DNA of 64,000 nt from an uncultured virus (IMG/VR IMGVR_UViG_3300044612_002367) (Duplodnaviria; Heunggongvirae; Uroviricota; Caudoviricetes): the IMG/VR virus record IMGVR_UViG_3300044612_002367; one strand, given 5' to 3'. Shown here one piece after another: positions 51,828 to 63,100 of the stretch; position 1 is the stretch's first letter, and every line of letters starts with the position of its first letter. Below the pieces are notes generated by a model that was given only the letters and a program-made list of their open reading frames with translations, searched no databases and had not been told where the DNA came from. Position numbers and translations under genes: made by a program.

Positions 51828-52877
51828 ATGGACAAGCAGAGTGTAAATCTGTATCTATCAAGAATTTTATCTGGATTTTATATTTTCTTTTTTAAAGAAA
51901 AAAGATATAAATTAATATATCCAGATATGAGCTTAAAGTATCAAGCAGAAATTTATGCGACTGATACTTATGAAGAAACTAAGTATAGTGATTGGATATA
52001 TGAAGATAATATTGTAGATTACCTAGTAGAAGCCGGTTTATGGCATTATGGTGGTGATGACCAGCTTAAAAAAATAGAAAAACAAATAGAAGATAATAAA
52101 GTAGAGTTATATCAAAGCTTATTAAATCCTCCCAAACAAAAACAGATAAGAAAAACTCTAGCAAGTTTAAAGAAAAACTATAATAAACTATACGGCATTA
52201 GACACTCCTTAGATTCTTTAACTCCACAAGGATATGCAGACTTATTAAAAAGTCAATATATACTAATTCATAGTATATATAATTTTAAGAATCAAAGACT
52301 TTTTAAATCTATTCATAGTATTAATTATCAAATACTTAATGACATATCTAATATACTTAATGAATATACTATAGATATATCAGTATTTAGAGAATTAGCT
52401 CGTAGTGATTTATGGAAAAATTACTGGTCAGCTAATAAAAATAGAATTTTTGACAAAGCTACTATAGATTGGACAGATGAACAAAGAACTCTTGTAGTCT
52501 TAACAAAAATGTATGATAGTGCATACGAACACCCAGAGTGTCCTGCTGATGTTGTTTTTGAAGATGACGACATGTTCGATGGATGGATGATCCATCAGAG
52601 AAGAGAAAATGAAAAAATTAGAAGTAAGAATAGAACAGAAAAATTATTAGAAGATAAAAATTTGAATAAAGCTAATGAGGTTTATATAATGGCTTCGTCT
52701 AAAGAAGAAGCACAAAGTATTTATAACTTGAATGACAATACTGGTATCAATATAATAAAAGAAAGATCTAAGACTCTTGTGCCAGGAAAAGAAATAAAAG
52801 AAGCAGATTTGCCGGATATACAAAGAGATCTGCAAATGTTACAAAATCAACAATTAATGAATTCTTCTAAGAAATAA
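51828..52877 (+). CDS. Hypothetical protein, possible tail assembly chaperone
   Basis: Between tail tube and tape measure. Confidence 0.5.
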   Translation: MDKQSVNLYLSRILSGFYIFFFKEKRYKLIYPDMSLKYQAEIYATDTYEETKYSDWIYEDNIVDYLVEAGLWHYGGDDQLKKIEKQIEDNKVELYQSLLNPPKQKQIRKTLASLKKNYNKLYGIRHSLDSLTPQGYADLLKSQYILIHSIYNFKNQRLFKSIHSINYQILNDISNILNEYTIDISVFRELARSDLWKNYWSANKNRIFDKATIDWTDEQRTLVVLTKMYDSAYEHPECPADVVFEDDDMFDGWMIHQRRENEKIRSKNRTEKLLEDKNLNKANEVYIMASSKEEAQSIYNLNDNTGINIIKERSKTLVPGKEIKEADLPDIQRDLQMLQNQQLMNSSKK

Positions 52878-52888
52878 TAGGACTTGTT

Positions 52889-53194
52889 ATGTTAAACAAT
52901 CATGAGGAAGATATTTTAGCCAAAAGATTCCAAACTACTATGATAGGCGCCCTATATCAATTTGAACAAGCTTTTGGATATTTATGGGGTTTTGATAAAG
53001 ATGACGAAGACTTGACAGATTCTGAAGAAAGGTTTAGATTAAAATGGGAGAATGTTAGATATAATATTCTTAATAATGGCAATAATCAATTACGATCAGC
53101 CATTAAAGATTTAAATAAGCCAAACTATTATTCATCAACCAAGTATCACTATAAGTATAATTTTAACGACAATCAAGAAAGAGGACAAAAATGA
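52889..53194 (+). CDS. Hypothetical protein
   Basis: Coupled to the next gene. Confidence 0.65.
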   Translation: MLNNHEEDILAKRFQTTMIGALYQFEQAFGYLWGFDKDDEDLTDSEERFRLKWENVRYNILNNGNNQLRSAIKDLNKPNYYSSTKYHYKYNFNDNQERGQK

Positions 53195-54102
53195 AAACCA
53201 GAACATTTACTGCTATAATCAATGATAAGGAAGTTACTTTTCTAGTTAAGTCTCCATCTTTAGCTGATCAAAGAGAGGCTACAAAGGTATATAATACTGC
53301 TTTTAGTGATGCTTTGAAAGCTAAAGCCGTGGTCAGGGCAAAACTAGATGATGTTCTGGTCGAACAAGGCTTATGGGACGATAAAAAACAATTCGAATTT
53401 ACGGCTCTACAATCTAAAATTCTAGAAAATGAAAGAAAACTAGCTAAAGGTGGTATACCACTACAGGAAGCTAAAAAGATAGCCTTGGAAATGAGAAAAG
53501 AACGAGAAAGTCTTAGAGATCTAATTTCGGTCAAAACCAATTTAGATACTCACACAGCAGAAGGCCAAGCTGATAATGCTAGATTTAATTATTTAGTTTC
53601 AGTATGTACGGTGTATAATGATAATAAAAAGCCATACTTCCCAAGCTATGATGAATACCTTAACAGGTCATCAGAATCGGTAGCCATATTAGCAGCACAA
53701 AATCTTGCTGGTATGTTGTATGGTTTGGAAAACAATTATGAAGATAAATTGCCAGAAAACAAGTTTTTGAAGCAGTATAAGTTTATTGATGATAAATTAA
53801 GATTAATAAATAAAGATGGTAAGCTAGTTGATGACTCGGGTAGACTAATTGATGAAAATGGTCGTTTTATTAATGAAAAGGGAGAGTTTGTAGATAAAGA
53901 TGGTAATCTTGTTAGCGATAGCGGAGACTATGTTGTAGACTTTAAGCCATTCCTAGACGATGATGGTAATCCGGTTATTCCAGAAATTAAAACAGTTGAG
54001 ACACAACAGATAGAAGATAATAAGGAATCAAAAACAGATGAAACTACAAAGGAACCAGAAACATCACCCCCTCCAACGCCTGTGCAGAATCCACAACCAT
54101 AA
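53191..54102 (+). CDS. Possible tail assembly chaperone
   Basis: Precedes tape measure; 7-aa (L/F)(I/V)(N/D)xxG repeats near the C-terminus. Confidence 0.5.
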   Translation: MKTRTFTAIINDKEVTFLVKSPSLADQREATKVYNTAFSDALKAKAVVRAKLDDVLVEQGLWDDKKQFEFTALQSKILENERKLAKGGIPLQEAKKIALEMRKERESLRDLISVKTNLDTHTAEGQADNARFNYLVSVCTVYNDNKKPYFPSYDEYLNRSSESVAILAAQNLAGMLYGLENNYEDKLPENKFLKQYKFIDDKLRLINKDGKLVDDSGRLIDENGRFINEKGEFVDKDGNLVSDSGDYVVDFKPFLDDDGNPVIPEIKTVETQQIEDNKESKTDETTKEPETSPPPTPVQNPQP

Positions 54103-54129
54103 TTTATTTTCTTTTTTAAAGGATCAATT

Positions 54130-54169
54130 ATTCCTCATGGGATGTACTTCCCCTGGGGAATTTTTGTTT
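54130..54169 (+). terminator. Possible terminator/attenuator before tape measure
   Basis: ATTCCTCATGGGA..TCCCCTGGGGAAT hairpin followed by TTTTGTTT. Confidence 0.5.
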
Positions 54170-54186
54170 GTATAGGATAATAAAAT

Positions 54187-57100
54187 ATGTCACAATCATT
54201 TAACCTTACTGCTCAAGTAAATTTACAGGCACCAGGTAATCTTAAAACTGTTGTTGCAAAAATTAAGAGAGAACTTGGTACAGTTTCCGCTGACGTTAAG
54301 CTTAATATTAGTTCTCAGTCAGCAAGGTCTATTGATAATGTTAAGTCTAGATTAGATGCTCTTAATGCTACTTTAATTCAGGCTAGAACTAACACCACCT
54401 CATTAGATTTAGCGCTGAGGAGTTTGTCTACAACATTATCCAGCATACAATCCAACACTGTTAAAGTAGATTCTTCTTTCGCTAGAACATCTTCATCAGT
54501 TAATCAAACTTCCAAATCAATCAAAGTTGCTACAACAGAAATGGAAGAGTTTGGTAAGCAATCTGCTTTAGCTGTTAGAAGATTCGCCGCCTTTAGTATA
54601 GTTACAAGTGGTATTTTTGCTTTGGTAAATGCTGTTAATTCAGGCTTTAAGGCATTTATAGAGTTTGATAAAGAACTAGTTAAATTACAACAAGTAACGG
54701 GTAAGGGTGAAATTGGATTACGCTCTTTAGAGAAAGAAATTACTAAGTTATCCACAAGCTTAGGAGTTAGTAGTCAAAGCTTAATGAGTGTAGCATCCAC
54801 ACTAGCTCAAGCTGGTCTGAGCGCTGAAGACACTAGAGTAGCATTAGAAGCATTAGCAAAAACTGAACTAGCTCCTTCGTTCGATAATCTAGCAGATACT
54901 ACAGAAGGTGCTATTGCGGCTATGAGGCAGTTCGGACTAGAATCTAAAGATTTAGAAAAAGCACTAGGATCTATCAATGCCGTGGCTGCTGCATTTGCAG
55001 TAGAATCTAAAGATATTATTGCTGCTATTCAGCGTACTGGCGGTGTTTTTGCTGCTGCTAGTAAAGGAGTTAGTGAGGGTACAGATGCTCTTAATGAGTT
55101 CGTTGCTGTATTTACTAGCGTTAGAGCCACAACTCGTGAAAGCGCAGAAACTATCGCTACTGGTTTAAGAACTATCTTTACAAGATTACAAAGAACAAAA
55201 ACTATCGACCAACTAAAAGACTTTGGTGTTACATTAACAGATCTAGAAGGTAAGTTCGTCGGTCCATTCGAAGCTGTTAAGAGATTAAGTGCTGCTCTAA
55301 ATCAATTAGATCCTAGAGATCTTAGGTTTTCTGCTATAGTAGAAGAACTTGGTGGATTTAGACAGATTGGTAAAGTAATTCCACTTATTCAACAGTTCGC
55401 CACGGCACAAGAAGCTTTAAAAGTTGCCCAAAAGGGTCAAGGAAGTTTGGCTGAGGCTCAGATCACAGCACAAAAATCACTGGCTAATCAAATAGCAAAA
55501 GTGAGGGAACAATTTTTAGCATTAGTTAGAGATATAGGTAAGAGTCAATCATTCCAGGGGTTGTTCAAAATTGTAACCGGACTAGCCAGCGGTTTGATAA
55601 GTTTAGCTAGTGCATTCAAACCTATCCTTCCTATTCTAGCTATTATGGGAGCTATCAAAGGAGTATCTGCAATAAGACAATTTGGCAGTGGTTTTATCGG
55701 AGGCATAAATAAAGGTGGTGGTGCTAAAGCTGTTGGAGAAAATGTTGGTAGTACTCTTAGTGGCAATAAAGAAAAAGAAAAAGCAGAAGCTACTAGTAGA
55801 GCTGCCGACGCTATAAGATTAAACACAGATGCTCTGAAAAGTTTAACAACTGCTGTTCAAAGTTTGGATAGCACTATCAAAAGCAGAGGATCTACCACAT
55901 TAGCTGGTGGCGGTAAAGTATATGGTTTTCAAAGTGGAGGTATAGTACCAGGAAGCGGTAGAGGAGATAAGGTACCAGCATTACTAGAACCAGGCGAAGT
56001 AGTAATGAACAGAAATGCTGTTAACAAATATGGTGCTGGGAATTTAGTAGAGATGAATAAATCCCGATCTACAAAAGGAATAGCTCGTGGAGCACGAAGT
56101 AGATTTAAAGAATTAAGTCCTGAAGAGTTATCTCAGCTTAGTACTGAAGATATGATTAAATATGCTAAGGCTCAGGCGCGAGAGATATTTAGCACTGGCG
56201 GCTCTGGCATGGCTACTAGTAGTAAATTCATACCAGTTTCTCAAGAAAGAATAACTCCAGAGCTAGAAAGTAGCTTAACATCATACTTAGGACAAAAGGG
56301 ATTTTGGAAAGAAATGGTGAGTCCATTTGGTCAACCAAATAAATCTGTATCTAAAGCTCAGAGTAGATTATCTAGAGAACAAGCTTTACAGCAACAAAGT
56401 GCTAGAATGTCTGATGAAGTTGCTGCTAGAGGTCAACAATGGGCTAGTATTAGGAGTGGATCATCTATAGACAATTATTTATTAGGAGCTTTAAAAGATC
56501 CTATACTTTCTGACTATAGAACAGTACGAGGTGGAGGATCTTTATCTAAGGCTTTCCATAGCACACGATTACGAAAAGCTGTAAATGAAGCTTTAGATAA
56601 TTATGATGATTTTGATTATTCACCGGGTAGTATCGATAAATTAGTCAGCAGTTTTGCTGCTAAAAAATTTGCCTATGGTGGTGTGGTTCAAAAACTTAAA
56701 GAAGGAGGCATAACCAAGGAATTACAAAAACAGATGATCGAAGCTGGTGGCTATGAAAAATTTATTCAACAAAATATGTCGCCTAAAGATCCCGACCTAT
56801 ATGAGTTTGGTTTGGTTGGTCTTAGATCTGGAACAAAATCAGCCTCAAATACACCAGTAGATCGTGAGCTGGGGAATGGTAAAAAGGCTAGAATCCATAT
56901 AGGATTTTTACAATCAGCGAATGATCCAAATTTTGCAGCTAATATAGAAGAGGATATTAATAAAAGTTTACAGAAAACAATAGTCAAAACAGCTGGTATT
57001 TTTGGACAAGATATAGATGCCTCTATAAGCCCACAAACAAAAGATCAAATATTAGAAGGCGCTGTATTAAGTAGCGCTGTTGGTAGCGTTTTTGAATCGG

Positions 57101-60100
57101 CACTACAGATGATAGGTGCTCCATACATAGATAAAATAGAAGCTATTAAGTCTATAGACTTTCCTTTTGGATTGGGTTCTAGTTCTAAATTATTTGGTAG
57201 TAACTTTCCAAGTAATATACCAACAGATGCTACCAGAACTATTGCTGGTAGTGGTAAAGGCGTGTCAGATTTTCTTGGTCAAATTAATAGATTTGTTGGC
57301 GCTGTGGATTCTGGTAAATTTACTGATAAACTAGAACCTCTGCCAACAACTCAAGCACTATCGGCACGAGAGATGGCTGATGCTTTAGTTAGATCAGCTA
57401 AATCTAATCCCGATAACATATCTAGAATCAACGGTGTCTTACAGAGATCATCAATACCTGGTATAATAAGAAAACAGAATACAAAACGTACAGATAGTCT
57501 TGTTGATAGTTTAGCACGAAGTCCTGAAACTATAAAAATGCTAGAAGCCGCGGGATTTGGACCAGCTTATCAAGCTTCAGGTGGATTAATTAAAAATTTT
57601 GCAATTGGCGGGTTGGCAGATGCTACAGAAGAAATGTCGGGATTGATGAGAGGACTTTATGGAAATAGATCTTCAGAAAATCAGCAGTCTCAAAAGAAAG
57701 CAAAACAGTTTGGTAAAATAGCATTAAGAAATGACGGATCGGATATCACAGCAACATACTTTAAACAAGGAGCGGATGCATTATTGTCTGGTTCTGAGAT
57801 GAGATCTGGCCAAGTAACAGCATCCAAAATAGATAGCAATTTATATGCGGTGCGCTTATCAGCAGCAACTAAGGGATACGGACCAAGACTTTATGACGTG
57901 GCCATGGAAGCAGCCACAGAAAATGGAGGTATGTTAACTTCTGATCGTAATACTGTTAGCGGTGATGCTAAAAAGGTTTGGGAATACTATTTTAAAAATA
58001 GAGGAGATGTTAAGAAAACACCACTAAAACCAGCTAACTGGACCAAGAACCAAGCAAATATTGATCCTAAACTATATGGTAATGAAGATACGTGGCCACC
58101 AGCTACTGATCCAGCATGGGTACTACAAAGTGGATATAGTAAGAGTCCAAGCTTAATTAATGATTCTAATAGTGTTGTTAGAATGGATAAACAAGCACAG
58201 AGTAGTGCATTAACAGCACTACAGTTTTTCCAATCCAAATCTATGAACTTAGCTAGTGGTGGCTCATTAAACAAAACAGTGCCAGCTATGGTTAGCAATG
58301 GCGAAGCGTATGTTCCACCAGAAACAGCAAAAAAGATTGGATATGCTAAATTAAATAGGATGAATCAGGCCGACCGCAATGGTATGAAAGGTTTTGCCAG
58401 TGGCGGCATAAGCGTATTTAAAGGATCTGGTAGTGGTACTAGTGATAGTATAGGTCCTGTTGGATTACCAGAAGGTAGCTTTATAATAAGAGCAAAAGCT
58501 ACTAAAGCACTACGATTAAATAAGGGTGGTAGTATTGGTAGACCAAGAAGATTTTTTAAGGGTGGAGTTGCTGACAAAGATGTTACTAGAGCACAAGGAA
58601 CAGTATTACAAGACTTAAATCAAGCAGTATCATCATTCGAGTCTATACTAAATATTTTGGGTCCAGGAATAAGAGACTCTATTCTTGATGGATTTATGGG
58701 AATAGAGGCCGTCGCCTCTGGACAAAAGCAAAAATTAATGAGTGGTGATATATTTGATGATACTACTCGTGGTAGGGCCAATGCGTCTGGTAAATCATCT
58801 AGTATTGGTTTGCAAATTTTAGGATCAAATGTAGCAGCTACTACAGAAACAGTAGCACACGAAGCCGGACATTTAGCCGACTACTCTTTGGGTGGAAAAA
58901 CAGGACAGATGGCTAGTGACACAAAAGGCACTTTCCAGTTCGCTTTAGTGGAAGTTGTTAAAAAACAAATGGAAGAAGCATTTAAAAAAGCTGGTAAAAG
59001 TGCTGATGATATAGAAAAATATTTGGCTAGCAATAAAGAATTATTTGCTGAATTTTTTGCTAAAGCGTCTCCAGAAGTAAAAGCTATTATTACATCAACT
59101 ACTGATGCTAAAGAAGGAATGAAAGCATTAGCTGATCATTTAGGAGATGCTGGATATACATATGCTGGTTTAGAAGCTTCTGATATTGATCCTTCAAGAT
59201 CTAAGCCAAGTCAAAAATCGTCAAGTAATGTTGTTAATTCAATAAAATCCACCGTATCTTCAGTTTTTAGCGGTATGAAGAATAAAATCTTCGGAGGTGG
59301 TTCGGGTTCAACCCCGCCAACTGCTCCGCCAAGTACTCCTTGGCCATCAAGTATGATGAAGTATACAACACAGGCCAAAGTTGCGACAAAAGAAAAAGAA
59401 GACGAAGAAAATGATAATCAATTTATGGAGTATAGAGCAAGGAAAGAGGGGATTACCACTGGTGCTTTTAAATTAAATGTTGCTAGAAGACTAGGTAAAT
59501 CAGCCTATGAAATAAGAGATAATTTTGCTGGTCGTAAAGAGGAAATGAAATATGAATTAGCTGGTAAACAAGATAGATTAAGAAATATTGGATCTACAAT
59601 AGCTACAGCTAAATTTAAAGCTGGTGGATCAGACGCTGAAGCAGAAGCCGCTAGAACCCAACTAGCCGACGCTAACTCTAGATTAGCAGCTGAAGCCGAA
59701 AATATAGCTCAAGAGATGAGAAGCCTTAATCCAACACTTGACATGGATCAAGTTACTAAAGCATCAAAAGAAATAGCTGATTTGTTAAGTGAAGGCAAGC
59801 TTAAAGAAGCGCAAAAGGCTATGGTCGATGCTATTGGAGATGTTCCTGGTCCGGCTTTAAGTATGAAGATAGCTATGGAGCAAATGTCCAAAGAGCTAGG
59901 AATTTCAGTCGAGATGTTAGAGCGCAATTTTGGAAAAGGTAAAGGGGCAAAAGATGTTGAGCGTCAACAATTTGTTCAAAGTAGAGAAGGCCAAAGATTT
60001 GGAATGTTAGCTGAATTTGCTCCTGATGCTTTGGCTAAATTTAGTGGATCTAGATTTGGTAAAGGAGTTGGAGGTGCAGCAGATTTTATTAGTGGCAAGG

Positions 60101-63100
60101 GTGGTAAATTTAGTCAAGCTTTTGGAAAAATGGGTGGACTAACAGGTTTGGGTGGGGCATTAGCTGTTGGCGCCGATCAATTTGAAAGAAATGTTACTAT
60201 TACTGATCCTAATACTGCTGGTGTGGTGGGAGGCATAGGTGGTGCCGGTACTGGTTTAGCTAGTGGATCATTATTAGGTGGCCAAATAGCTGGTCCTGTA
60301 GGAGCGCTAATTGGTGGTGTTACTGGTGCTCTGGTAGGAGCTATTAATGGTGCCGTTAATGCTTTCCAAACTAAAAAATTAGAAAATAATCTTAAAGCTC
60401 TAGACAAAGCTAGTACTGATCTTGAAACAGCGTTTAAAAAATTGGAATCTGTTTCTAATGATGCTAACAGAGCAGAAGCTCAAAGTAAACTTAATGCTAA
60501 AGTTGGAGCAATAACCAATGTGGCTGGTCAGGCTAATTTTGGCGCTGGTGGCACAGCACGAACTATTACAGAAACTTTAAGAGCATTAGATCCTACAGGT
60601 TTAGTTGGAACATTTACAGGACAAAAACAAGAAGGCGAAGCTAGAGATGCTATGGTATCTGGTCTTAGTCAGCTTACTTTAGATGCTGATAGATTAGGAG
60701 CAAGTCAACTCAATAAAGCTAGTACAAGTAGCATAACAAGCTTTTTAGATAGCACCAAGGGAATGGATGAACCAGCTAAACAATTAGCTATGGCTAGAGC
60801 TAATCAAGGTTATCAAGTTATGGCTGCTGGTGGAATGAAAGAAAATGATATTTTCTTAAGTAAATATATGGCTCAACAAAAACAACAAGGTAAAACATCA
60901 GAACAACTTAGTAAAGAATTATCTGATCCAAAAGCTAGAGAAAGAGCTATCCAGTCTGGTAAGGAATTATTAGCGGTTGAAGGAGAAATTGCTCTTAAAC
61001 AAGCTGTGTTGTCCAGAACTGCTAAAGATTTAGCTGTTGCTACAGAACAACTACTAGATGTTTATAGAAGAGCCACAGCTAGTTTAGATAGATATAGTGC
61101 TGAACTAGAACAGTTTGAAAATAATGTAATGACTTCAGCAGATGATATTAGTGGTAATCCAAGAATGAGATCTGTCAATCGTCAGAATGAACAGGTCTTA
61201 GGAAATATTAGCGCTTATAGTATGGATGAAGTTAAAACAGTAGCAGAACAAACAGCTAGTTTAGCTGGTGGTGGAGATGCTGGTAATAAGCTTAAGAATG
61301 AAATTATTGGAGCAAAAATACTTAAAGATGAACTGCCAAAAGCTTTAAGAGGAGCACAAAACGGAGATGTTGACGAAGTTTTGGATAAATTAAAAGAAAG
61401 TTTTGGTTTAGCTGGAGTAGAATTTTCAGATTCTTTAAGAACTCAACTATCAGATACTTTAAGGTCTAAAACAGAAGGTAGACAAGGAGTGGGTTTGGGC
61501 GATATAGCAGATGATCCTTCTATACTAGAGAATATAACAAAAGGTAGAGAGGAATCTCTTAAATTTGCACAAGCATTACAACAAAAATATAATGACACTA
61601 TTCAAACAGCTATTAATCTTCAAGCTAAATATAATGAAAAAATTGGACAAGCAGAAGAATACCAAAGAAAAGCTGCTAGTATCAGAATTAATGCCGAATT
61701 AGAGCTAGCTAGTGCTTTGGGTCGCGCTCCTACACTAAACGAGCTTAATCAGCCATTCGATCAAGAAGTTAAGAGTATGACTTCTGGATTAGTAGCTGGT
61801 GGTACTACTGATCCAGCAGCAATTTCAGCAGCGATGACAACAGCTCAACAAAACGCTAACGATATACAGCAAAGATTAGATAATCCAATGACAGCATATG
61901 CTGGTATGGATGAAGCTCAGAGAAATGAAGCAATAAAAAATGATATAGCGGCGTTAGGTAAACAAAAAAGAGCATTAGATAATGGTAGTAAAGCTTTAGA
62001 AAAATTAGCTAATGACGGTACTAAAGCAGCTAATGCATTGGGCAAAATTAAAGAAAGACAACAATTAGCAGATAATGCTAGAGGAGTAGCTAGAAAATTA
62101 TTAACATCTGATAGTGGCGAGCTGATGGATTTTGAACGACAGATGAGTGCTTATACTAGAACGGTTAGTGGTCAAGCTTCTAATCAAGAACTAGGTAGTT
62201 TACAATTTAGACAAGATGCTTTTAGTGGACTAGATAATATCAAATCTGTGCTTCCTGAAAATATTGCTAAACAGATGGAGGCTAAGCTAACACGATCTAT
62301 GATATCAGCTAACCCGCAAGGTCAGCAAATATTAAATAGTGTTATTGGTATGGATAGTGAAGGAAATCCAATGACAGTAGATCAAAGTTTACAAATGGCC
62401 GAACAAGGTAAAGATCCTGTTCAAGAACAATATATTCAAGCATATAAAGCTGCTACAGATGCTCAAGCAGCAGCTGCTGATGCTTTAGCTAATAAAGCTT
62501 TAGAAGCAGCAAAAATATTAGCAGATGGATCTGCTCAGTTGATGGGTGATCTTAAAGCTGGTGTACAAGGCAAAGTTGCTGAATTAGGACAAGTTTTACC
62601 AAACGCTGAAGCGGCCGCTAAAGCTGATCCTAAGCCAGAAGTTAAGACCGAGGAACCAACAGGTGACCTATCAACAGGAGCAGCATCAGTTAATACTGTA
62701 GATATTCCAGGATTGTCAGAAAATGTTGATGCTAGTAAAAATAACACCAACGCTCTTATTAGCTCTGCATTAGCAATGGCTGAATTAATGGCAGCTATAT
62801 TTATTTTGAAGAAAGCCTTTGATGCTTTTGGTGGCGGCGGCATCAGAGATATGATAGGGAATGTTTTGGGTGGAGGTAGAGGTAGGAGTAAACGCAGAAG
62901 AAGAAAAGGTAAAAAATCATCTGGTTCGACAGGTTCATCGGGTTCATCTCCTACGGCTGGTAAAAAGAGAAAGACTAAAAAAACCCGAGGCGCTACTACA
63001 GCCTCTGCTAGTAAACCTTCTACTACTAAACCAAAAGTAAGAGGTAAGAGTAGAAAAGGGCGAGGGGTATTGAGTGGTGCTTTATCTATGTTTGGATTAG

